A stretch of DNA of 18,453 nt from Trichoplax adhaerens (Eukaryota > Animalia > Placozoa), in NCBI RefSeq assembly GCF_000150275.1, contig NW_002060984.1, forward strand, positions 1 to 18,453, written 5' to 3'. Below are positions 1 to 10,395 of this stretch, one piece after another. Position 1 is the first letter of the stretch, and every line of letters begins with the position of its first letter. A program made the translations under genes and the position numbers. The notes below the pieces were generated by a model. The model was not told where the DNA came from, searched no databases, and saw nothing but the letters and a program-made list of their open reading frames with translations.

Positions 1-1254
1 ATAATTTCTTGTTTAAAGTTATGGAAACATTTGCTGTTTAATAAGCATCCAGTAGTTTCTACTTTTATACAAGCAAATCGTGGAAATAACTTTAGCAGCG
101 ATAATCAGATTTCATCATTTGATCTGTTAAATAGTATCGGCAATATATTAGGAGTTAAGGATTTCACGACTATTAATGAAAATTCGTCTCTATCCGATCT
201 TGGATTAGATTCATTAATGGGTGTTGAAATTAGACTACTAATAGAAAGAGATTGTAAACTATCGATGTCTATCGATGAAGTTAGACAGCTTACGATTGAT
301 AAACTCAAAGAAATCAGTTCGTCGATGACATCAAACGATCACAGCGCAAATAATATAGAATCGAGATTACAAACGATAACTGCTATGCAGTTTGACGGAT
401 TTCCGATCAAAGCGCCTTTACAATACGATACACTGATTTCATTAAATACAGTTACATCTAAAGTTAGGCCAATGTATATGTTCCATCCGATAGAAGGATC
501 TGTCCAACGATTTACAGATATCGCAAGTAAACTAGCTATACCCGTTTACGGTATTCAATTATCGCCTGAAGCACCCATGGATAATACAGAAATCTTAGCT
601 AGATTTTATTTAGATAAAATCAGAGAGAAGCAAGAAAAAGGTCCTTATCGTTTATGTGGATATTCTTATGGCTGTATGATCGCTTACGAGTTAGCGATTC
701 AGCTACAACGAGAATCGAATGACAATGTAGAAGTGTTATTTATGATTGAAGGATCATATTGCTCTACGAGTGATCGTTTGAAGATTTATAGAGAGCGATA
801 TCGAAAAGAGCTTACTGACGATAACGTATACTATTCTGAAATGCTATTTTATTTTATTCAAGCTTACATTTCTAATATCTATCACGATACTCTTGTCGAT
901 GAATTGATTAGTTTAACGTCGCTTGAACAGAAAATTATTCATATTGCATCGTTAATTATGAAGGAACATCCTAATAGTGAGCGAAAATTTTTAACATGGG
1001 TTACTAATTCGTTTATTAATTTAAACAAAATTGCCTATGATTATGTACCATCATCAAAATTTGACGGAGACATATATATGATAACAGCATCAGACAGGGA
1101 TGAAATAGCAATGGCTCTAGGCAATGACTACGGACAGCAAGTTCAATGCGATGGAAAAGTATATAACAAGATGATAGAAAGTAATCATGTCTCTATATTG
1201 CACGACGAGAATTCAGTTAATATTGCTAGTTATATAACTTCGAAACTTGGATAA
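1..1254 (+). CDS. FASN: Fatty acid synthase-like gene copy 1, 3' part (end of KR, ACP, thioesterase); 5'-partial
   Basis: Frame 1 is open from base 1 (IISCL...HPVVSTF, like the animal FAS post-KR segment) to TAA at 1252-1254. ACP motif LSDLGLDSLMGVEIR has the phosphopantetheine Ser at 211-213. TE motifs are HPIEG, GPYRLCGYSYG (nucleophile Ser 664-666), LFMIEGS and NHVSIL (His 1186-1188). The ORF-track TTG start at 31 is not a real start. Confidence 0.93.
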   Translation: MISCLKLWKHLLFNKHPVVSTFIQANRGNNFSSDNQISSFDLLNSIGNILGVKDFTTINENSSLSDLGLDSLMGVEIRLLIERDCKLSMSIDEVRQLTIDKLKEISSSMTSNDHSANNIESRLQTITAMQFDGFPIKAPLQYDTLISLNTVTSKVRPMYMFHPIEGSVQRFTDIASKLAIPVYGIQLSPEAPMDNTEILARFYLDKIREKQEKGPYRLCGYSYGCMIAYELAIQLQRESNDNVEVLFMIEGSYCSTSDRLKIYRERYRKELTDDNVYYSEMLFYFIQAYISNIYHDTLVDELISLTSLEQKIIHIASLIMKEHPNSERKFLTWVTNSFINLNKIAYDYVPSSKFDGDIYMITASDRDEIAMALGNDYGQQVQCDGKVYNKMIESNHVSILHDENSVNIASYITSKLG

Positions 1255-1279
1255 GAAGATAACAGCGTGTTTTCATCTC

Positions 1280-1285
1280 AATAAA
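1280..1285 (+). promoter_or_regulatory. Candidate polyadenylation signal of FAS copy 1
   Basis: AATAAA 25 nt after the stop codon. The AT-rich background weakens this. Confidence 0.5.
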
Positions 1286-1332
1286 GTAGTTTAAGTATTG
1301 TGATCAGTATACTTTAGGTCAATAATCACACT

Positions 1333-1382
1333 NNNNNNNNNNNNNNNNNNNNNNNNNNNNNNNNNNNNNNNNNNNNNNNNNN
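1333..1382. other. Assembly gap (50 N)
   Basis: Run of N. Confidence 1.
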
Positions 1383-2120
1383 TATAAACATGTGTGCTCT
1401 ATGGTTATATATTATATGCATGAATAAACACTGAACTAGTTTATAAGTCTTTACATCCGTATTACTTATTCCTAAGTATGTTATGATAATATAATTGAAA
1501 ACAATTATGGATTATTTAAAGTATATCTTAAATATCAAGTCTGTCATTTATTCGTTATAGTATTATAAGTACTTGTGCTGTTAATTATACTTAATATCTT
1601 GCAATCATTCCTAAATCACGGCTTCGTATTATACAGTAAAATCCATGATTTTACAATTTACGTTAACTTGCTTTTTTGTAGACATTATAATCATGTTTTT
1701 AGTGGTATTACTATATCTTATTTGAAGTAATTATGGCTTTTCTGTTAATTCACGTACTAGCACATTTGAGAAATAAATAAGCATAATTAAAAACATTTTT
1801 ATTATCACTCTAATCATCGTAAGGTTAATAATCTGCTTTTGTTAAAAAATATCAGCAGCAATTTGATGAATGTAATGACTTACGATTTTATAAAATAAAC
1901 TGCAGACAAATAATTCACGTACTAATAAATCAAGGAAAGAGTAGAATATTATTGCATAATCATGTGAATTTTATTAGACGCGATATTTGGTGTTTTATTA
2001 CCAAAAAATATTATTTACTCGCTTGCGTACTTACATGTAGTACGCTGTAGTATTGTTACGACATTACGTTACCTAAAACTATAGAGTTTATAGAAATATT
2101 AATGTTCACAGTATTTCAGT

Positions 2121-2558
2121 ATTACTGTAGAGCTGATTTTATCGAAAATAGCTGGTAGCGAAATTTACTGAATAAAGTTGTACTATAGAATAGAGTATAG
2201 TATTTTTAGTGATGGTGTGCTTTTTAGAAGGGTAGATCTTAGGTGTTATGGTCAAAATACTACTGTATATATACACTTATATAAGATTAGGGCAGTCATC
2301 TTTAGAGAAACTCACTGTAAGTGCTTTGCATTAGACTAGTAAACTTGTCGGAAAGTAGTCCGTGACAAGTATATATTGCATATATAACTATAATTATGGC
2401 ATTACATAGAGCTGATTTTATCGAAAATAGCTGGTGGCGAATTCACTGAATAAAGTTGTTCTATAGAATAGAGTATGGTAGTTTTACTGATGGCCTGCTT
2501 TTTAGAAGGGTAGTTCTTAGGCCTTATAATAACAATACTACTGTATACGCTTATATAA
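2121..2558. repeat. Diverged direct repeat of ~160 bp (copies ~2121-2284 and ~2401-2558)
   Basis: Both copies read TAGAGCTGATTTTATCGAAAATAGCTGGT...ACTGAATAAAGTTGT.CTATAGAATAGAGTAT...GCTTTTTAGAAGGGTAG.TCTTAGG...AATACTACTGTATA...CTTATATAA with scattered substitutions and indels. Offset is about 280 bp. Confidence 0.9.
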
Positions 2559-3440
2559 TTACATGACTTTATTTCTTTTACTTTACTACAATAATGTCAA
2601 TTCAGAGGAGTTAGCGGTAACTGCATAATATCTTTGTTTGTTGATTAGATTACTAGCCATCAATTTGGAGTGAATTCGATTATGGTCTATGTTTTTGTAG
2701 CGTCAATAACGCTAGTAACTAACGTGAAATTAAATTATAAAGTAAGAAACGTACGATAGACTACCAACATATGTTCTTTAATTAGAAGAGTTTGCTAGTT
2801 AATGCCAAGTCGTTACTATTACATGAAATTAAATACGAGTAAAGTTGTTGGGCCAAGAATTGGATTCAGAATAACATGTACAATCGCCATTCTTCATAAT
2901 AAATTCTTTTTTATTTTTTATAATGGCAAACTGTTGCAGTGTATACGAAGATAATTCTTTAGTCCGTAGACTCAGCACCATATGATATTTTTGTCGCTAT
3001 ACCTCTATAATTGGGCCCTAGCAGCAGTAGGTCTCGGGGCGGTCTTTATATTTTATTTGTGAACCGCATATATCAATCATCACATTATCATTATCCACAG
3101 CATATCCATAACCCTATTATCTACTAATGTTTATTGCTTCTGAACATTTAAAAATATTTATCTTAAAATTAGAAAAGCTTGTTTTACCGTCGATCTTATT
3201 AATTAATCCTGTTAGTTACATTCTGAGTTGGACGCTTTGCCCATTCTACCTTGTTGTAGTTACAAAACGGTATCAAGTCTCTTTCACACTATAACCATAT
3301 AAGTTTATTTTGAATAGTGATAGCAGTATAGGTATACTTATTTCTCCTACTTATTCTGTGTCATTGGCTTTTATTACAATATACTCATAATCTTTCGTAT
3401 ACTGTAGTGCGTAATATTTTTGCTTCTTCTTGATTACAGC

Positions 3441-3536
3441 TATAAAAATACGCATAGTACAGGCTCTACAGCCTTTTTCAATTTATAAGAATAATAACAT
3501 GCGGGCTTCTTGTAGTGCAGATTGAAGAACGGTAAG
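3441..3536 (+). promoter_or_regulatory. Possible TATA box and non-coding first exon of FAS copy 2
   Basis: TATAAAAA at 3441-3448, donor-like G|GTAAG at 3531/3532, and an AG (3799-3800) immediately before the ATG at 3801. Inference only. Confidence 0.3.
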
Positions 3537-3800
3537 GGCTATAAACATTATTACAAGATACTCGTATTGTGTGATTTCAAGTTTACGTAAAGTTATGTTT
3601 CCAAGAAAATAAGATATTATATTACTCTATACGACACTTCAAACACTAATATTTTCTAAATTCCTGACAGTTGAGAGGTTGTTATCCAATTTCTATAATT
3701 TACCATAGATCAATCTTGACCATAAATGATATAATACCTAGCTGTTTTATATAAATTTTCTATCGATACTCGTATAAGAAAGTTTCTTTATCAATGATAG

Positions 3801-6800
3801 ATGTTCCAAATTTGCGATGAAGATATTGTTATTGCCGGCATATCTTGCCGAATGCCTGAATCCGATAATACTGAAGAATTTTGGCAACATTTAATTCAAG
3901 GAAATGATATGGTCACCGAAGATGATCGACGTTGGCCGCCTGGTATATATGGTTTACCTAAACGAAATGGTAAATTGAAAGATATAGAGCACTTTGATGC
4001 AATCTTCTTTGGAGTCCATGCTAAGCAATGCAACACTATGGACCCTCAGTTAAGAATATTATTAGAAGTAACTTACGAAGCAATAGTAGATGGTGGAATA
4101 AATCCAATAGACATTCGCGGTCGAAAATGGGGTGTTTTTGTCGGTCAAAGTGGATCGGAAGCCATGCAAGCTTATCAATCGAATCCCGATACACAAATTG
4201 GTTATAGTATGACAGGTTGTAGTTCCTGCATGTTATCCAATCGGTTATCACATTATTTCAATTTTAATGGTAAGAGAAACAACTTAAATGACCATATAAT
4301 TTATGTTAAAAAAAGAGATTTAATTAAAAAACATACGTTAAAATATTTTCCTGTATTCGAATCTTTCATTTCAACAGGACCCAGTATTGCAATAGATACA
4401 GCTTGTTCTTCGTCAATAGTTGCTCTTGATCAGGCTGTTAGAGCAATTAAAACAGGAGTTTGCGAGGGTGCTATCGTCAGTGGTTCAACGATTGATGTTA
4501 AACCTCACACAAGCTTAGAATTTGTGAAATTAAGTATGCTATCACCTGAAGGCGCCTGCAAATCTTTCGATATTTCTGGTAATGGATATTGTCGATCAGA
4601 AGGTTGGTAGTAACGACAAAAAGATATACTTTACAATGAGCAAACAATCACTTTGAAATTTTCGACTAAACTAAGGAAAAACACCGGTTTATTTAAATTT
4701 TAATAAACCACTTATAAATTCACTTAAAATAGTTACAATAAGGGCAGATTTACCGCCTCGACCAACTAAACTATCAAAAAGTTACTCTCAGTATCTTGAA
4801 CTTCTTAATATTTCCTAGTTGGAACTAAATCTTGAATTATGATACTTTTCCACTGAACTACGCGACCTTTTATATGTTATATAGATTAGTTGATGGTACC
4901 AGACAATCAAATTACTATTCTAAAGTATTCTATAAAAAACTAATTATTAAACACATATGATCAGATAAATTGTATCCTTTATTCCCAACACCACTAATAT
5001 AATAATAATCGTAACTTAACTACAAATTGTACTTTTCTACGATATATATAGTAGATAACTAGATAAAAAAAACTATTTACTGTATAACTTGGTGTGGAAT
5101 TTATACCCATTCATTTGAACAGGCAATTTAATAGTAATAGATAAAGCTACAAATGAAAAGATGAGAAAGAGCAATTAATATGGATTAATAAAAATATCCT
5201 TATAGTAAATATCTTATTATAAAATACTAACCTTAATTGTATTGTTAATTCCTTAATGATATCGCTTCATGTGTCGCTACTATGATACGTGTTTATAGCT
5301 AAGATAGAGTAAAGTTCATACAGTAAAGCTCATGCAGGTGCTAAGTATGTTGGCACACGATTCGATTACTTGTCTTAACTGAAATTTTTTTACTGTGTTA
5401 GTGATGAATATTCCTGATATTACTAACTTTGAACAAATAAACGTTTAGGAATCGTCTCATTGTTACTACTTAAGAAATCTCAAGCTAAACGAAATTATGC
5501 GACAGTTATCCATAGTAAATCAGCTAGCGATGGCTTTAAACAACAAGGTATAACGTTCCCTAATGGAGCTGCTCAAAGTCTATTACTTCAACAGGTTTAT
5601 CAAGAAGCCAGAATCGATCCGCAAAAAGAGGTTAACTATGTCGAAGCTCACGGAACCGGCACCAAGGCTGGCGATCCACAAGAAGTCAATGCTATCGCTT
5701 CTGTCTTTATTGGAGAAGACCGCCAGAATAAACCTCTTTTAATAGGATCTGTTAAGTCGAACATGGGCCATTGTGAGGCGGCGTCTGGCTTAGCTGGTGT
5801 AGTCAAGGTTATTCTGAGTGCTCAACATGGCATTTTACCCCCAAATTTACACTTTAATCAGCCTAATCCAGATATTCCGGGATTACTTGATGGAAGTATA
5901 AAAGTAGTAACAGAACCCACAACTTTCCCAGGTGAATAACGATTAACTAAGTACCGTACCGAAGTAACTCACCATAGTTACTTCAAAGTAAACATTATCG
6001 CATATTGTATTTTATTGTATATTAATTTAACAAAAACTAACGTAACTTTACTTGACGAATTTTATTTTAATAGATGGATACGTTGGAATTAATTCTTTCG
6101 GTTTTGGAGGAGCTATCGCTCATCTTTTATTAAAGCCTGATGTATATCGTCAAGATATCGATCGAAGTAAATATCAAGAACTATCACTTATTCTATGTTC
6201 TGGGCGTACACGAGAAAGCGTCCAAAGCTTAATCCATCTTGGTCACAAAAATACCGATAATCCGTATTTAATTAACTTAATTAACAGTACGTCTGCTACA
6301 CCGATAAGTAATAATTATCATCCGATGCGTGGCTTTGCTTTACTAAATAGTCAAGAGTCTATTCAAGATATCGATCTTACTGTATCAGATAAGCGACCTA
6401 TCTGGTGGATATTTTCTGGAATGGGAGCTAATTGGAATAAAATGGGTCAGAACATGATGAAATTTCCGGTTTTCAAAAATACAATCACGAGAGCACGCGA
6501 AATATTGATGCCTATAGGATTAGATCTTATAAATATATTATTTAGTGAAGATCCTAATGTTTACGATAATGTAAGAGATGCATTTATTGGTCTTGTAGCA
6601 GTTCAAATAGCTCTTATAGATTGTCTTCGAGCTTGTGGAATCGAATACGATGGTAAATATTGTAATTTAAATGGAATTTATTATATTATGTAGACGAATT
6701 AGCTAGTTCAAAACTAATCCGCCTCTATAATGTAGATTTTAACACTTGAATACTTCGATCAGTAAAAGACACAAATTTAAAATTAAAATAATTACAGGTT

Positions 6801-9800
6801 TAATAGGTCATAGTGTTGGCGAAATAGCTTGTGGCTATGCCGATGGCGCACTTACAGCTGAGACAGCTTTACAGATTGCTTACTGGCGAGGACAATCGAT
6901 TCTTGACGCTAAGGTAGATAGCGGAGCCATGGCGGTAGTAGGACTAAGTTGGGAAGAAGCCAAACAACGTTGTCTGCCAGATGTTGTAGCAGCTTGTCAT
7001 AATGCTGAAAGAGCTATTACTATTTCAGGCGATCCAAATCAAATTGACGTGATGATTACGGAACTTCAATCTCAAGGTTTGTAACTTTTCGGGTACTTTG
7101 TTTTAATCTGTAGAATGAAAGTAGAGTATAATATACGATTAGATCAGAAGCCTACAATTCTGTTTATTTAACATTGCTAGCTCAACAATAAAAATAAACG
7201 TAATAATTATTGCTTTTATTATTCATCAAGAATTGATAATATCCTGTAATCATAGTACGTACGATACAATTTTATATCGATTTAAATTTATAACTGCTGT
7301 TAATTTATCTAGAAATTTTTACAAGAAGAGTTAATAGTTCCGGCATAGCTTTCCATTCTCCATATATTGCTAAAGGTGCATCGCTATTCAAATCTGCCTT
7401 GAAGAAAATTCTTAAAACGCCGAAGTTGCGCTCTTCGCGATGGATAACTACCTCAGTTCCCAAATCAGAAATCAATGACGACTATGCAATGTACGCTTCA
7501 GCGAAATATTACCATAATAATTTTATCAATCCAGTACTATTCTATGAAGCGATGAAAGCTATACCAGATAATGCTATAGTTATCGAAATTAGTCCTCATC
7601 ATATTCTTCAAGCTGTTATAAAGCGAAATCTTACATCGAATTCGTTAGTACTTAAAACCATGCGTAAGCATCATTCCGATAATCGTGAATTATTCTTAAA
7701 TTCGCTTGGCAAGCTGTATCTTCAAGGGATAAATATTGATCCTTCGCCTCTTCTGCCTAAAATCTCTTATCCGGTAATAATTAATACTTGAATGTATTTA
7801 TGTGGGCTTTGTCTAGGTATTATCTATAATGATCAATTATAATTATGAACACTGGGTGTAATTTCTCGATTCTAAAAATTGTGTTACATGTAGATTTGTT
7901 ATAAATACAAATGCCACACTAAAAATTAATGTATGCATGCACTCTTCACGACTACTCTATTTGGTTTATCAATTCATCTGACGATACATCTACAGTAGTC
8001 ATCAATAATTATGATAAAATTAGGACTAATGCTTTCTAAATAGAATCTCAGTCAACTACGCGTGCATCGTCAAATAGACATTGTATAACGCAATCAAATT
8101 CTACATAAATTTCTTAATAACTTTGCTAACATTAAATCACTTTATTACTCAATGTAACAAAAATCATTAGTTAAACTTCTCCCCTCACCTTAAATCATAA
8201 CTCTAAATAACTTAATTATAAATAGGTTATGATATGTTATCTAATTCAATAGTGGTGACTCCCGGTAATATTTCTTATATGATAATTGCTAATATAGGCA
8301 AATTATTATGTATCTGAGGAAGAAACAGACTAACACCCTCAACTGAGTAGTCTTTATTTCTCGTCTAAATCGCTCAATTGGACGAATAGTTTCTAGTTTA
8401 TCATAATTAATACAATCTCTAATGTATCAAAATATTGCACATGAGATAGAGAAAATCGCGAATCGCGCATACATTATTACATAAATATATATAGAAAATT
8501 TCAGAGTCGAAACGATATATATATTTCTTTGCGCTCGCGCGGCGTATATATCCGATTTTTAGTGTTTCATTTTTTATTTCCTTTTATTATCTTTTTGTTA
8601 TTATTTTTCGCGGGGGTCCAGGTCTTCTCTATCTCGCATGCAATCATCGGTATACAACATGCTACGTTATGCAGTAAAACTTCAATACTTGTATCATATA
8701 TAGGATAGTATTTTATAGTAATTTTCTGTGGCATGTTATTAATGCTGCATTCTTTTAGTTTTAAAATAGGTTGTAATTAAGTAACGTCGAACGATCTATA
8801 CACTACAGTATATAAAACGTTAGCTTTTATTATAGAGTTTACTAAATATTCTTTTTGCATTGTAAAATTTTATAATAATGATAAAGAAGATTTCTTTCTT
8901 TATTTCTCGTTATAGGTGCCTGCAGGTACTCCGTCTATTGCACCAGCAATCAGCTGGGATCATTCTCAAACTTGGGCTATACCTACTCTCGATATGTTCT
9001 ATTTAAAGAGTGATCAAAACTCTTCTTCTGCTATTACATTCGATATCGATCTCTCCGCAGATTCGCCTGATCATTATATCTTAGGCCATGTAATCGATAA
9101 CCGAATAATTTATCCATTCGCAGGTTATTTATTACTTGCATGGAAAGCGTTAGCTCGATTATTAGGTACAACCTATACAAGGCTACCTGTTATATTTAAA
9201 GACGTTGAAATTCATCAAGCGACGTTACTACCATCTACTGGTATTGTCAAGTTTAACGTCGATATTAAAGTGAAAACTGGAAAATTTGAAATAGAACATA
9301 GCAATAATATAATAGTTACTGGAGAAATTAAAGAAGCTGAAGAGAATATTACTGTTAGTCAGTTATCGCCAATAGATTATGAAGAAGAGTTAAGATTATC
9401 TAATGAAGATGTCTATAAGGTACTACGTCTACGCGGTTTTGATTATAGTTTAAGCTTTAGATCCATTCACGATGCATCACTTGATGGAACAAGTGGCCAA
9501 ATTATTTGGGAAGGAAATTGGGTTACGTTTCTTGACGCTATGCTACAAATGTCGTCAGTAAACTTGATTGGACGTAGTTTACGCTTACCAACACGAATTC
9601 GCTATATTTCTATTAACCCCACGAAACAAACTTACTACTTACAAGAGGATGAGATAGATAGCCCTAATAATGATGAAATGCAAGAAGAAGTAACTAACTC
9701 ACACCATCAATTAGTACAATATATTCTAAATCCTCATACTAATGTTCGAGTTTTAGGTAATATTGTTGAAATGCGTGGAGCTGATTCAACTATTATGTCA

Positions 9801-9878
9801 CGGCGACAAGATGATCCAGATGGATTAACCTTAGCTGAGTATCATTTCATACCTTATTTGAGCAACAAACCATGCACA
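3801..9878 (+). CDS. FASN: Fatty acid synthase-like gene copy 2, 5' half (KS-MAT-DH), 7 exons, 3'-partial at gap
   Basis: Exons 3801-4269, 4378-4602, 5449-5931, 6074-6652, 6798-7076, 7313-7773 and 8916->9878 are all bounded by GT..AG and phase-consistent (about 1153 aa). TACTAAC branch point at 5421-5427. KS motifs: [16 protein letters not shown] (Cys 4404-4406), [25 protein letters not shown] motifs: FSGMG, GHSVGE, AYWRG, GIAFHS. Linker WDHSQTW. DH motifs: [20 protein letters not shown]. Confidence 0.95.
8434..8644. mobile_element. MITE-like element with ~20-bp terminal inverted repeats, in FAS copy 2 intron 6
   Basis: 8434-8453 ATTGCACATGAGATAGAGAA matches the reverse complement of 8625-8644 (ATTGCATGCGAGATAGAGAA) at 17/20. 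The interior is non-coding with CpG-rich patches unlike the surrounding intron. No clear TSD. Confidence 0.5.
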
Positions 9879-10264
9879 NNNNNNNNNNNNNNNNNNNNNN
9901 NNNNNNNNNNNNNNNNNNNNNNNNNNNNNNNNNNNNNNNNNNNNNNNNNNNNNNNNNNNNNNNNNNNNNNNNNNNNNNNNNNNNNNNNNNNNNNNNNNNN
10001 NNNNNNNNNNNNNNNNNNNNNNNNNNNNNNNNNNNNNNNNNNNNNNNNNNNNNNNNNNNNNNNNNNNNNNNNNNNNNNNNNNNNNNNNNNNNNNNNNNNN
10101 NNNNNNNNNNNNNNNNNNNNNNNNNNNNNNNNNNNNNNNNNNNNNNNNNNNNNNNNNNNNNNNNNNNNNNNNNNNNNNNNNNNNNNNNNNNNNNNNNNNN
10201 NNNNNNNNNNNNNNNNNNNNNNNNNNNNNNNNNNNNNNNNNNNNNNNNNNNNNNNNNNNNNNNN
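9879..10264. other. Assembly gap (386 N)
   Basis: Run of N that truncates both FAS copy 2 and ODC-like copy A. Confidence 1.
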
Positions 10265-10395
10265 AACCGCTTTGAGTATTATAAAGAACATGATTTTTAT
10301 AGTTTTCTAACGTTTCAACGAGCCTAAAGAAGTCTGGATATCCTACTGTATAATTCTGACAGAAATTTAGCTTCAATTTATGTTTCACTTATTAC

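Noticed and set aside
3036-3042. GC box (GGGGCGG) upstream of FAS copy 2
   Set aside because: A single short motif with no supporting context.
3499-3525. uORF MRASCSAD* in the putative FAS leader
   Set aside because: It depends on an unverified leader exon, and short ORFs of this size arise by chance.
105-4251. Antisense ORFs 105-308 and 4036-4251
   Set aside because: Shadows of FAS coding exons, with no recognisable motifs.
3801-9878. Bacterial multi-gene PKS operon (separate KS, AT and DH ORFs with TTG/GTG starts)
   Set aside because: The ORFs join in frame through GT-AG introns into one animal-type FAS, so the alternative starts are artefacts.
9831-10388. ORFs 9831-10388, 9854-10291, 9872-10327 and the tail of 8916-10310
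   Set aside because: Artefacts of translating through Ns.
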